64,000 bases of DNA from an uncultured Corynebacterium sp. (GTDB lineage: Bacteria > Actinomycetota > Actinomycetes > Mycobacteriales > Mycobacteriaceae). The notes below the pieces were generated by a model. The model was not told the origin of the DNA. It was given only the letters and a program-made list of their open reading frames with translations, and did no database searches. The stretch is taken from contig NZ_CABTZR010000002.1 of the NCBI RefSeq assembly GCF_902489365.1, forward strand, positions 7,294 through 71,293, given 5' to 3'. Made by a program: the position numbers and the translations under genes. Of the stretch, positions 20,464 to 30,088 are shown piece after piece (position 1 is the stretch's first letter; every line of letters starts with the position of its first letter).

Positions 20464-21837
20464 GTGTTATCTGCCATCCTGATGATTGTGGCGGGTTTCG
20501 CCGTCATCGCTCTCATTATCGTGGCTAACGCCTACTTCGTGGCGCAGGAATTCGCCTTCATGTCGGTGGACCGCACACAGCTGCGCCAGCGCGCGGCGAC
20601 CGGGGATAAGCCCGCGGAGCGCGCCTTAAAAATCACGCAAAAGACCTCCTTCATGCTCTCCGGTGCGCAGCTGGGTATTACGATTACGGGCCTGCTCATT
20701 GGTTATGTGGCCGAGCCCCTCGTGGGCCAAGGCCTAGGCCAGCTGCTCGGCGGCGTGGGCGTGCCCACGGGCGTGTCCGTCGCCATCGGCACGGTCACCG
20801 CGCTGGCGGTGTCGACAGTTCTCACGATGCTCTTCGCCGAGCTCTTCCCCAAGAACTACACCATCGCCGCCCCCATGAAGTCGGCGCTGTGGCTGTCCGC
20901 GTCCACCATGTGGTACCTGCGGATTTTCGGATGGCTGGTCCACTTCTTCGAGTACTCCTCTAACGCCCTGCTCAAGGTTTTCGGCATCGAGCCGGTGGAG
21001 GACGTTGATTCTTCCGCCACCACCGATGACCTGGAATCCATCGTGGATGCCTCCCACGAGGCCGGCGACTTGGATGAGGACACCTACCTGGTCCTCGACC
21101 GCCTCCTCGATTTCCCCGAGCACGATGTCGGGCACGCCATGATTCCGCGCTCGCGCGTGGATGTCATCGAGCCGGAGACCACCATCGGTGAAGTGCGCGA
21201 GATGATGTCGGAAAACCACACGCGCTACCCCATCATCGACGATGAGCACAATCCCATCGGCGTGGTGCACCTCTACGATGTGCTGGGCACTGAGCTGCCT
21301 CCGGCCACCCCGGCTCGAGAAATCATGAAGGAACCCGTGGTGGTGCCGGAGCTCATGCCGCTTCCCGACGTCGTCACAGAGCTTCGCGACGCCGACGAGA
21401 AACTCGCCTGCGTCATCGACGAATACGGTGGCTTCGTCGGGATTGTGACCATGGAGGACCTAGCCGAGGAAATCCTTGGTGATGTCACCGACGAGCACGA
21501 CCTCGAAGAGACCGAAGAAATCACCGAGCAGGACGAGACGCACTGGATCGTCGACGGTGACACGCCCATCGACGAGATCGAGCGCGCCATCGGCCACGAC
21601 CTGCCAGAGGGCGATTTCGAGACCGTCGCCGGCCTGCTCATCGCGCACTCCGGCACGCTACCGGAGGAGGGCGAGGAGCTTTCCATCGAGCTCGAGGCCG
21701 AACCGGAAGACTGGGTCGACGGCGACGAGGCCCCCACCCGCACGCTCAACGTGCGCGTCGAGGAAATCGACCGCCACGTCCCCTCCGTCCTGGCACTCGA
21801 GCTGGTGGAGGAATTCCCGGAAGGAGAAGATGACTAA
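20464..21837 (+). CDS. CNNM (DUF21)-CBS-CorC_HlyC protein (hemolysin/CorC family)
   Basis: NAYFVAQEFA, AQLGIT, ELFPKN, MIPR, HTRYP, VIDEYGG, ETVAGL. Confidence 0.93.
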   Translation: MLSAILMIVAGFAVIALIIVANAYFVAQEFAFMSVDRTQLRQRAATGDKPAERALKITQKTSFMLSGAQLGITITGLLIGYVAEPLVGQGLGQLLGGVGVPTGVSVAIGTVTALAVSTVLTMLFAELFPKNYTIAAPMKSALWLSASTMWYLRIFGWLVHFFEYSSNALLKVFGIEPVEDVDSSATTDDLESIVDASHEAGDLDEDTYLVLDRLLDFPEHDVGHAMIPRSRVDVIEPETTIGEVREMMSENHTRYPIIDDEHNPIGVVHLYDVLGTELPPATPAREIMKEPVVVPELMPLPDVVTELRDADEKLACVIDEYGGFVGIVTMEDLAEEILGDVTDEHDLEETEEITEQDETHWIVDGDTPIDEIERAIGHDLPEGDFETVAGLLIAHSGTLPEEGEELSIELEAEPEDWVDGDEAPTRTLNVRVEEIDRHVPSVLALELVEEFPEGEDD

Positions 21838-22904
21838 TGACTGATACCTGGTGGTTCAACCTCCTTATCACTCTGCTCATCATCGCCGCTTCCGCCTTCT
21901 TCGTGGTCATCGAGTTCTCCCTCATGGGTGCGCGCCGCAACCGGTTGGAGGAGACCGCGGAATCCTCGGCGGCTTCGCGCGCGGGCCTACGCTCGCTTAA
22001 TGAGCTGACCGTCATGCTGGCCGGCGCCCAGCTGGGCATTACCGCCGCGACCTTCGTCCTGGGTGCCGTGACCAAGCCCTGGGTCCATCACCTGCTCATG
22101 ACCCCGCTGGAGGCTCTCGGCCTGCCGCTGGGCGTTGCTGACGTCATTTCCTTCCTGCTAGCCCTGTTCGTCGTGACCTTCCTGCACTTGGTCATCGGTG
22201 AAATGGCTCCGAAATCGTGGGCCATCGCCCACCCAGAGACCGCCCTGCAGCTCATTGCGGTGCCCGCCCGCGGCTTCATCTGGCTCTTCCGTCCGCTGCT
22301 GCTCTGGATCAACAAGATGGCCAACAAGCTGGTGACGATGACCGGCGAAGAACCCGTCGACCGTGCTGGTGCCGCCGGCTATGACGCGGAGACCCTGCGG
22401 CACCTCGTCGAGCACTCGCGCCTGACGGGCACGCTTGACGACGACTCCGCCAACCAGATCACCGGCGTCATCGAACTGGAAGCCGCCACCGCGGCGCAGC
22501 TGGCCCGCGAGCACGGCTCGGAAATCCTGCCACTTTCCTCCGATGCCACCGTGGCTGAGCTTCATGACCTCGTGGTGCGCAAATCCATCATGCGCGTGCT
22601 GGTCTACCCGCGCACCTCGCGCATCCCGCGCATCGTCCACGTGCGCGATACCCTGCTGGCGGACCCGGACACCCCGGTGCTGGATTTCTCCCGCCCAGCA
22701 CTAGCTGTAGGCTCCTCCTCCACCGTGCAGAAGACTCTGGACCAGATGCGCGCTCGCAACGAGCAACTCGTCGTCGTGGGCAAGCCCACCAAGGACAAGA
22801 CGGTGTGGATTTTGACCTGGGATGACATCATGGGTCAGCTGTGGCCGCAGATTACGGAGCAGCTGGACCAGGCCGTGCCGGCGTCGAAGAACCCAGGGGT
22901 CTAG
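21837..22904 (+). CDS. CNNM (DUF21) paralog with degenerate CBS domains
   Basis: FFVVIEFS, AQLGIT, GEMAPKSWA; coupled to the upstream gene. Confidence 0.9.
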   Translation: MTDTWWFNLLITLLIIAASAFFVVIEFSLMGARRNRLEETAESSAASRAGLRSLNELTVMLAGAQLGITAATFVLGAVTKPWVHHLLMTPLEALGLPLGVADVISFLLALFVVTFLHLVIGEMAPKSWAIAHPETALQLIAVPARGFIWLFRPLLLWINKMANKLVTMTGEEPVDRAGAAGYDAETLRHLVEHSRLTGTLDDDSANQITGVIELEAATAAQLAREHGSEILPLSSDATVAELHDLVVRKSIMRVLVYPRTSRIPRIVHVRDTLLADPDTPVLDFSRPALAVGSSSTVQKTLDQMRARNEQLVVVGKPTKDKTVWILTWDDIMGQLWPQITEQLDQAVPASKNPGV

Positions 22905-22920
22905 CGCTTACGCGCTAGAC

Positions 22921-23007
22921 GATGACACACGAAGCTAAGCGTGGCACAGGAAGCTAAACGGTGGCACGCAAAGTTATTCGTGCCACACTAGCAACGAAGA
23001 GCGCCAC
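22921..23007. repeat. 20-nt-period repeats around a hairpin (GTGGCAC/GTGCCAC core)
   Basis: gatgacacacgaagctaagc, gtggcacaggaagctaaacg, then hairpin gtggcacg..cgtgccac. Confidence 0.6.
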
Positions 23008-23038
23008 CGAGAGAGGGAATCTCGGTGGCGCTCTTCGT
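22994..23038. terminator. 19-bp hairpin between convergent genes (probable bidirectional terminator)
   Basis: acgaagagcgccaccgaga-gagggaa-tctcggtggcgctcttcgt; no U-tract. Confidence 0.65.
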
Positions 23039-23084
23039 AGGTAATCCTTGTGCGTTGGCAACAAGGAAGTCTGTAATGCGGCGA

Positions 23085-23765
23085 CTAGGCGGTCGTGGCG
23101 GCCTTCTTCTGGCGCTTGGCGCGCACACGGGCAACGACGGCGTCAATACGCGCGCGCTCCTCTAGGAAGGGCGGCGGGTTATGCCCACGCATGGTGCGCA
23201 CGAAGGCGGGGTGCGCCTCAACGACGGTGTGACGCCAAGCCTGCACGGCGATGAGCGCGGACTCGCCGGCTCGCTTGTACAGGTTCGGCAAGGAGACCAC
23301 ATCGAGGTTGCGGGCCACGGCGTCGGTTTGCGCCAGCACGTACTCGACGAGCTCGCGCAGGTAGGCGGCCACCGCGGCGGTGCGGCCACGCAGGGTTTCT
23401 GCCAGCTCCGAGACCACAACGGGCGGGCCGGAGATGGGCAGGCCCTCAGCCAATGCGCGGGCGGTAAGCTGCTTGGGCTCCTCGACATCATTGTCACCGG
23501 AGGAAGCAGCGGAGATGGTGCCGGACTTCAGCCCGGAGACCAGCGCGTGGCGCAAGCCGATGAGCTCGCCCACGCAGCGCCCGGAATCCACGCGGGCGTC
23601 CTCGACGATGTCCCCCAGCTCAGCCAAGCAGTCGAGGGAAAGTTCATCATCCCAGTCCTCGATGGCCTCGATGAGGTGCTCGATGTAGTCAACGACTTCG
23701 TCGCCGATGTTATAGATTTCTTGGGTCAGCTCACGGTGGCGCAGCTCGGCTGCGATTTTGTGCAT
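23085..23765 (-). CDS. Hypothetical protein (226 aa, helical)
   Basis: Long ORF with upstream aaagggt RBS and host-like codon usage. Confidence 0.8.
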   Translation of the reverse strand: MHKIAAELRHRELTQEIYNIGDEVVDYIEHLIEAIEDWDDELSLDCLAELGDIVEDARVDSGRCVGELIGLRHALVSGLKSGTISAASSGDNDVEEPKQLTARALAEGLPISGPPVVVSELAETLRGRTAAVAAYLRELVEYVLAQTDAVARNLDVVSLPNLYKRAGESALIAVQAWRHTVVEAHPAFVRTMRGHNPPPFLEERARIDAVVARVRAKRQKKAATTA

Positions 23766-23923
23766 AGGCTACCCTTTCCGCGAGAACCTCTAGTTGAGGT
23801 TTAGAGTTTTTCTGACCCCGCTGACTCTATTAGAGATTCTCCCGTGGGTCTGCGCGACACTCCGAAGGAATTCACAGACTCCGTCCAGCGGCTGCATTCC
23901 GCCGGACCGTACCTGCGCCGACG

Positions 23924-25765
23924 TTACTTCTTGCCGGCGTAGAGGCGCTCGATATCCGCTGCGTAGCGCTGCGCCACGACATAGCGCTTCACCTTCATCG
24001 TGGGGGTGAGCTCGTTGCTTTCCTCGGTGAGGTCCTGGTCGAGGATGACGAACTTCTTGATGCCCTCGGCGTGGGAGACCGTAGCGTTGACCTGGTTGAT
24101 GGCGTCCTGGATATCCGCGCGCAGTGCCGGATCCGCTGCCACCTCACGCATGCCCTTGGTCGCAGAAATGTTGTGATCGGCCTTCCAGCGCTTGAGCGCA
24201 TCCTCATCGAGTGTGAGCAAGACGCCGATGAACGGCTTGCCGTCGCCGACCACCATGGCCTGGGAAATCAGCGGGTGGGAGCGCAGGATATCTTCCATCG
24301 GCCCCGGCGAGACGTTCTTACCGCCAGCGGTGACGATGAGGTCCTTCTTGCGGCCGGTGATAACGAGTTTGCCGTCCTCATCAATCTCACCCAGGTCACC
24401 GGTGTTGTACCAACCGTCCTGCAGGGCGTTCTCGGTGGCCTCCTCGTTCTGCCAGTAGCCCTTGAAGACGATATCGCCCTTGATCATGATCTCGCCGTCG
24501 TCATTAATGCGCAGCGTCGTTCCACCGAGCGGCGGGCCGACGGTACCGATGGACTGGTCCACGAAGTCCACGGCGGCGGCCGCAGCGGTCTCCGTGAGCC
24601 CGTAGCCCTCATAGATGGTCACGCCGATGCCGCGGTACCAGTGCAACAGGTCCTGCGAGATGGCCGAGCCACCGGAGATACAGTACTTGACTTCGCCGCC
24701 CATGGCCTGACGAATGGCGCCGTAGACCAGCTTGTCATAGGCCTTGCGCTTGGCCTTAAGAACTCGGTTGGGCCCCTCCGGGGTATCCAGTGCCTTCGAG
24801 TACTCGATGGCGACCTTCTCTGCACGGTCGAAGATGGCGCCCTTGACTGCAGAAGAACCGTGGGCCTTGGCGGAAGCGCCGTTGCGAACCTTTTCAAAGA
24901 CGCGCGGCACACCCAGGATCAGGTTCGGGCGGGAACGCGCGAACTCGATGGTGATGGTGCCAAAGTCGGACCAGTGATTCTGGGACGCACCACCGATGGT
25001 GACCGCGAGGGACACCGCACGGCTAAAGACGTGCGCTAGCGGCAAAAAGGTCAGAACGTGGGAGCCCGGCACGGCGATGGCACCGATTGGGTTGGTCAGC
25101 AGGCCGCGCGCTTCAGCGAGCCAGTTGCGGTGGGTCAACATGCAGCCCTTGGGCCGTCCGGTGGTGCCGGAGGTGTAGACCAGCGAGGCCACGTCATCGG
25201 TAGCTGTGGCCTCGATGCGCTGGTCGACAGTATCGTCACTGACATCACGGCCTTCAAACTTCAGGGTATCGATGGCGGAAGAGTTGATCTCTAGGATGCG
25301 GCGCAGCTGGGAAGGAGAGCCGTGCAACTGTGGGGTGCCATCCTCTTGCAGCTTCAGGTGCTTGACCAGCTCGGAGTGCTCGCGGGTTTCCGTAATGGCC
25401 AGGATGGCCCCGGAATCCTCGATGATCCACTGGACCTGGGACATGGACGAAGAGGGGTACACCGGAACGGAGATAGCACCGGCCGCCCAGATGGCGTAGT
25501 CCAATAGGGACCACTCATAGCGGGTGGTAGAGATAAGCGCCACGCGGTCGCCCTGCTCCACGCCGAAAGCGATGAGGCCCTTGGCCACCGCGTAGACTTC
25601 CTCCACAAATTCCTTGGCGGTGACGTTGATCCACTCATAATTCGCGGGGCGGGTAAACAGCACGCCATGTGGGCGGGCGTGCGCCGTGGCCATCATGGCG
25701 GTAAGGCAGGTCTCCCCGTCTTTGATCTCGAACTCCACTTTCGTGTGCGCTTCATTCAAAGTCAC
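23924..25765 (-). CDS. Long-chain fatty acid--CoA ligase (AMP-dependent synthetase)
   Basis: YTSGTTGRPKG, YEGYGLTET, TGDLG, GRKKDLIVTAGGKN, LTPTMK; GTG start after ggaaagga. Confidence 0.93.
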   Translation of the reverse strand: MTLNEAHTKVEFEIKDGETCLTAMMATAHARPHGVLFTRPANYEWINVTAKEFVEEVYAVAKGLIAFGVEQGDRVALISTTRYEWSLLDYAIWAAGAISVPVYPSSSMSQVQWIIEDSGAILAITETREHSELVKHLKLQEDGTPQLHGSPSQLRRILEINSSAIDTLKFEGRDVSDDTVDQRIEATATDDVASLVYTSGTTGRPKGCMLTHRNWLAEARGLLTNPIGAIAVPGSHVLTFLPLAHVFSRAVSLAVTIGGASQNHWSDFGTITIEFARSRPNLILGVPRVFEKVRNGASAKAHGSSAVKGAIFDRAEKVAIEYSKALDTPEGPNRVLKAKRKAYDKLVYGAIRQAMGGEVKYCISGGSAISQDLLHWYRGIGVTIYEGYGLTETAAAAAVDFVDQSIGTVGPPLGGTTLRINDDGEIMIKGDIVFKGYWQNEEATENALQDGWYNTGDLGEIDEDGKLVITGRKKDLIVTAGGKNVSPGPMEDILRSHPLISQAMVVGDGKPFIGVLLTLDEDALKRWKADHNISATKGMREVAADPALRADIQDAINQVNATVSHAEGIKKFVILDQDLTEESNELTPTMKVKRYVVAQRYAADIERLYAGKK

Positions 25766-25858
25766 AGTTGTGTCCTTTCCCACAAAAATTAAATTCCAGC
25801 CCACTCTACCAATCGGATTTCTCCCGCGCGCAGGGAGGGCGTGGCACAATTGGGGGAT

Positions 25859-27958
25859 GTGACTACCCGTGATCTGCTTCAAGAACTTGCCCAACGCCAC
25901 GGTGTGGCCTGCGAGTATACCGCCCAGAACGGACAGCCCGTCTACGTCAGCGATGAGACAATCACCTATACGCTGCGTGCACTCGGCGTCTCTATTTCAG
26001 ACCGTCCGGACGATGAGGAGCTGACCCAAGCCCTGTTCGAGGACTACCTCGAACGCGCCTCCCGCCCGCTGCCGCCCTGCGTGGTGGCCCGCGAAGGCGC
26101 CGAAAAGTCCTTTGCCGTCCACGTCCACGACGGCGACCCCGTCACCGTCACCATCGAGCTGGAAAACGGCGAGACGCGGCCGACCTACCAGGATCCGAAC
26201 GACGCCCCGGCTGCCGACGTCGCCGGGACCATGTGGGGCGAGGCCAGCTTCCACGTTCCCGGGGACCTGCCCTTAGGTTTTCACAAGCTGCGCTTGTCCT
26301 CGCCCGGCATCGGCGAACACGAATGCCCGCTCATCGTCGTGCCGAATCACCTCAGCACGGCGGATCGCTACCTTGACCACCCCGCGGCGGGTGCCATGGC
26401 GCAGCTGTATTCGGTGCGCTCGGAAAAGTCCTGGGGCATGGGTGACTTCGGGGACCTCGCCGAGTTGGCGGAGACCTTGGCTCCCGATTATGACTTCCTC
26501 CTTATTAACCCACTGCACGCGGGCGAGCCAATCCCGCCAGTGGAGGATTCGCCCTACCTGCCCACCACGCGGCGTTTCATCAACCCGATTTACATCCGCA
26601 TCGAGGATATTCCGGAGCTGAAGCTGCTCAGCCCGGAGCTTCAGGAGGACGTCGCCGAGCTCGCCGCCGAGTTCCGCGAACGCAACCGGTCTGCCGAAGA
26701 GATCGACCGTGATTCCATCTTCGAGGCCAAGCTGCAGGTGCTGCAGGAGCTCTTCAACCAGGAGATGACCCCGGAACGCCGCACCGCTTTTAGTGAATAC
26801 CAGCGCCGCGAAGGCCGCGGGCTGCGCAACTTCGCGCTGTGGTGTGCAGAGACTGAGCTGGATCGCCACAGTGGCCGCCGCCACGCGCTGAGCCTCGATG
26901 TCAACGACTTGGCCGAGTTCTATTCCTGGCTGCAGTTCCTCTGCGATGAGCAGCTCGATGCCGCCCAGCGCCGCGCGCTCGACGCCGGCATGAGCATCGG
27001 CCTTATCACCGATATGGCCGTGGGCATCCACCCCGCTGGTGCCGATGCCGTCAACCTCTCCGAGTACCTGGCTCCCCAGTGCTCGGTGGGTGCTCCGCCG
27101 GATGACTATAACCAGCAGGGCCAGGACTGGTCGCAGCCGCCGTGGCACCCGGTCCGTCTGGCAGAGGCCGGCTACGAGCCGTGGCGCGATTTGCTGCGCA
27201 CGATGCTGGGCAACGCTGGCGGTCTGCGCGTCGACCACGTGCTGGGCTTGTTCCGCCTGTACTGGATCCCGCGCCACTCCACCCCGCTCAACGGCACCTA
27301 CGTGACCTATGACTGGGAAGCCATGCTCGGCATCCTCGCGCTCGAGGCCGAGCGCGCCGGCGCGGTCCTCGTCGGCGAAGACCTGGGCACCCTGGAGCCC
27401 TGGGTGCAAAATGCATTGCGCGATATGGGAGTACTCGGCACCACTATCATCTGGTTTGAACACGCCAACGAAGGCCCCACCCCGCGCCCGCAGGATCAAT
27501 ACCGCCACATGGCGATGTCCTCTGTAGGCACGCACGATCTGCCGCCAACGCTCGCCTTCCTGCGCGGCGACCACATCGCACTGCGCGCCCGCCTGGGCCT
27601 GTTGACCCGCCCGGTGACGGAGGAAGAGGCCGAGGACCGTGCATGGCAGGAGGAGGTCAAGGATAACCTGCAGGCCTATGGCATGTTGGAGAACCGCGAG
27701 AACGAAGAGGACGTGCTGGTTGCCCTGCACCGCTACATTGCGGGAACCCCCTCCGCACTGACGGTCACCAACGTGGTGGATATGGTCGGTGACGTGCGCG
27801 CGCAAAACCAACCGGGCACGACGAAGGACCAGTACCCCAACTGGTGCATCCCGCTGTGCAACACCGCCGGCGAGCCAGTCCTCCTGGAGGATCTTCCGAA
27901 GCAGGAGCTCTACCAGCGCCTCGCCCAAGCCGCCAAGAGGCCAGGGGCCGAGCACTAA
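25859..27958 (+). CDS. malQ: 4-alpha-glucanotransferase (amylomaltase, GH77)
   Basis: QLYSVRS..SWGMGDFGDL, SPYLP, GAPPD, RVDHVLG, GEDLG, GTHDLP, NQPGT. Confidence 0.96.
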   Translation: MTTRDLLQELAQRHGVACEYTAQNGQPVYVSDETITYTLRALGVSISDRPDDEELTQALFEDYLERASRPLPPCVVAREGAEKSFAVHVHDGDPVTVTIELENGETRPTYQDPNDAPAADVAGTMWGEASFHVPGDLPLGFHKLRLSSPGIGEHECPLIVVPNHLSTADRYLDHPAAGAMAQLYSVRSEKSWGMGDFGDLAELAETLAPDYDFLLINPLHAGEPIPPVEDSPYLPTTRRFINPIYIRIEDIPELKLLSPELQEDVAELAAEFRERNRSAEEIDRDSIFEAKLQVLQELFNQEMTPERRTAFSEYQRREGRGLRNFALWCAETELDRHSGRRHALSLDVNDLAEFYSWLQFLCDEQLDAAQRRALDAGMSIGLITDMAVGIHPAGADAVNLSEYLAPQCSVGAPPDDYNQQGQDWSQPPWHPVRLAEAGYEPWRDLLRTMLGNAGGLRVDHVLGLFRLYWIPRHSTPLNGTYVTYDWEAMLGILALEAERAGAVLVGEDLGTLEPWVQNALRDMGVLGTTIIWFEHANEGPTPRPQDQYRHMAMSSVGTHDLPPTLAFLRGDHIALRARLGLLTRPVTEEEAEDRAWQEEVKDNLQAYGMLENRENEEDVLVALHRYIAGTPSALTVTNVVDMVGDVRAQNQPGTTKDQYPNWCIPLCNTAGEPVLLEDLPKQELYQRLAQAAKRPGAEH

Positions 27959-27965
27959 AGGAGTG

Positions 27966-28127
27966 CTACAGGACGACGCCCACCACAGCCACCACGACGA
28001 TGAGCGCGATCATCAGCCACAGGGTCACGCTCACTCGGGATTTAGGCAGTGCCCGCTTGCGGTGGACGTGTTCGGAGCGCTCAGGGTCCCAGAGGCCTTC
28101 GCGGTGATCATCGGGAGTCATGGTCAT
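27966..28127 (-). CDS. Small protein with C-terminal TM helix (53 aa)
   Basis: Manual translation MTMTPDDHREGLWDPERSEHVHRKRALPKSRVSVTLWLMIALIVVVAVVGVVL; aggata RBS; below the ORF-track cutoff. Confidence 0.6.
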   Translation of the reverse strand: MTMTPDDHREGLWDPERSEHVHRKRALPKSRVSVTLWLMIALIVVVAVVGVVL

Positions 28128-28272
28128 TTATCCTAGTCCGCCCCTCCACGAGTGTGTACACGCGGTCGATGGCCCACATCAACCCCCACCCCATCACGGT
28201 TGCGGCCGGCACTGCGGTGACGGCAAGCACCGCCATTTGCGCCCACACCGGCGCCTGCACGAGCCATTCCAT
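28108..28272 (-). CDS. Small membrane protein (54 aa)
   Basis: MEWLVQAPVWAQMAVLAVTAVPAATVMGWGLMWAIDRV... Confidence 0.55.
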   Translation of the reverse strand: MEWLVQAPVWAQMAVLAVTAVPAATVMGWGLMWAIDRVYTLVEGRTRINDHDSR

Positions 28273-28295
28273 GCCCTCAGGGTAGCCTGTTGTGC

Positions 28296-29567
28296 ATGAG
28301 CCGTGCACCTTTCACCGTCACCTGCCCCGCGGGCACCATCACCGGCTACCTCGATGAGGACGTGGCCCATTTCCATTCCATCGAGTACTCCCATATCCCC
28401 GGGGATTTTGAGAACCCTGAGCCCGCACCGCCACGTGACCAGGATGCGCGCACCCCGCACCCGGAGAAGATCGCGCTGACCATCACCACCCCCGCACCCG
28501 GCAGCCGCGCGACGTTCCTGGCGCCGACGTTGGTCTACATCCACGGCGGCCGCTATGAGCACGGTTCCCACGAGGATCCCCGGGCAGAGGGCACGCCCAC
28601 TGCGCAGGCGGGCATTGTCCACGTGCAGCTAGGCTACCGCGTGGGGCTGCCGGGGCTAGCCCGTTTCCGCGATGACGAGCCTGACCGCTACCGCGCCATC
28701 GAGGACCTGCAGCTGGGCTTGGAATGGATCCAGAACAACATCGAGGCCTTCGGCGGCGATCCCACCAACGTCACCATCTTGGGCCAGTCCGCCGGAGCCA
28801 ACGCCGTGCTGTGGCTGTGTCGGCGCGACCACTACCGCGGGGCGTTTCGGCGGGCGCTGGCTCTGTCCCCCGGCTTCCCGCGCGAGAGCTTCGAGGAACG
28901 CAGCGCCACGCTGCGTCAGGTAATGAAGAAGCCCATCACGCGTTCCTCGCTCGCGGCGATGAGCCAGGAGGAGCTCGCCGCCGGCTACGCCAAGTTCCGC
29001 AAGAAGTACAGTCTCGATATGGCGCTGGGCCCCGCCCCGCTGGAGTGTGGGCAGCTTGCCGACGTCCCCCTCATCCTCGCCAGCACCCGCGACGAGTTCT
29101 ACAACATCCCAGCCACGCAGAAGGTCGACCGCTCCCCTTTCCGCGCCCTCATCCTGCGCTATGCGGCGCCGCGCTTCGGCTTCCCCCGCAACGGCTTCAC
29201 GCCCTGGTATCAGGTGGCGCAGCACATGGACAAGGAGCGCCCGATGGGCCGGATGGTGGGTGATTCCATCATCCGCCGCTGGGCGGCAGAGGTAGCGGAG
29301 AAGGCGCCGGGTAAGACCTGGATGGTGGAATTTACTCGTTCTTCCGGCCCGGCGCTGCATTGCGAGGAGCTGCGCCCGCTCTTCGGCAGAACGCCTCTGG
29401 CCCAGTGGCTACAAGATTTTGTGCGCACAGGCGAGCCCGGATTCGAGGCCTACCGCCCGGAGCATGCTATCTGGGAATACAACCTGGATAACGGCGAGAA
29501 CCGCGTGGCCTACGCCAGCTTGGATTATATTTCGGCGGCCTTTGCCCAGGATGGCAGCCTGCTCTAG
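28296..29567 (+). CDS. Carboxylesterase type B family protein
   Basis: YIHGG.Y..G, YRVG, WIQNNIEAFGGDPTNVTILGQSAG. Confidence 0.92.
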   Translation: MSRAPFTVTCPAGTITGYLDEDVAHFHSIEYSHIPGDFENPEPAPPRDQDARTPHPEKIALTITTPAPGSRATFLAPTLVYIHGGRYEHGSHEDPRAEGTPTAQAGIVHVQLGYRVGLPGLARFRDDEPDRYRAIEDLQLGLEWIQNNIEAFGGDPTNVTILGQSAGANAVLWLCRRDHYRGAFRRALALSPGFPRESFEERSATLRQVMKKPITRSSLAAMSQEELAAGYAKFRKKYSLDMALGPAPLECGQLADVPLILASTRDEFYNIPATQKVDRSPFRALILRYAAPRFGFPRNGFTPWYQVAQHMDKERPMGRMVGDSIIRRWAAEVAEKAPGKTWMVEFTRSSGPALHCEELRPLFGRTPLAQWLQDFVRTGEPGFEAYRPEHAIWEYNLDNGENRVAYASLDYISAAFAQDGSLL

Positions 29568-30088
29568 GCCATCAGGGCCGCGCGCAGCGGCTGGTGGGTC
29601 AGCTCCTCCACCATCCACGGGCTAAAGGCGAACGGCGTGGCGTCGACGGCGGCGAGCACGTCGCGCACTGGCGCCCACGCGAAGGAGTCGACCTCCTCTG
29701 GGTTTGGCGTCGGATCATCTTCGGTCTCGAAGAGGTAGACCGGGCAAATTTCATTCTCCACCACGCCGGAAGAATCCACGGCGCGGTAGGCAAAATCCGG
29801 AAGCACCAAGCGCGGCGTGCCGCTCAGGCCAAGTTCGAACTGGGCCCGGCGTATGACGGCGTCGGCAGTCGGCTCATCCGGGCCCGGGTGCCCGCAGAAG
29901 GAATTGGTCCACACGCCGGGCCAGGTCAGCTTGGACAGGGCGCGGCGGGTCAGCAGCAGCTGGCCATCGCGCACCACCCAGGCGGAGAAAGCAAAGTGCA
30001 GCGGAGTATCCGCGGTGTGTATGGCGGCCTTGTCAGCGGTGCCGGCGGGTGTGCCCTCCGGCGAGGCTAGAACGACGAGTTCCGTCAT
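29564..30088 (-). CDS. idi: Isopentenyl-diphosphate delta-isomerase (type 1)
   Basis: LHFAFS, RRA..K.TWPGVWTNSFCGHP, ENEICPVY. Confidence 0.95.
   Translation of the reverse strand: MTELVVLASPEGTPAGTADKAAIHTADTPLHFAFSAWVVRDGQLLLTRRALSKLTWPGVWTNSFCGHPGPDEPTADAVIRRAQFELGLSGTPRLVLPDFAYRAVDSSGVVENEICPVYLFETEDDPTPNPEEVDSFAWAPVRDVLAAVDATPFAFSPWMVEELTHQPLRAALMA

Noticed and set aside
26273..27955. Long antisense ORFs (560 aa opposite malQ, 410 aa opposite dnaJ, 324-333 aa opposite recO and pdxY, 5' extension of 54380-56014)
   Set aside because: Shadow frames expected from high-GC codon bias opposite well-supported genes; no motifs.
27951..27967. CIRCE-like AGCACT-aaagg-AGTGCT
   Set aside because: The spacer is far shorter than in TTAGCACTC-N9-GAGTGCTAA, and the site lies at convergent stop codons rather than in a promoter.
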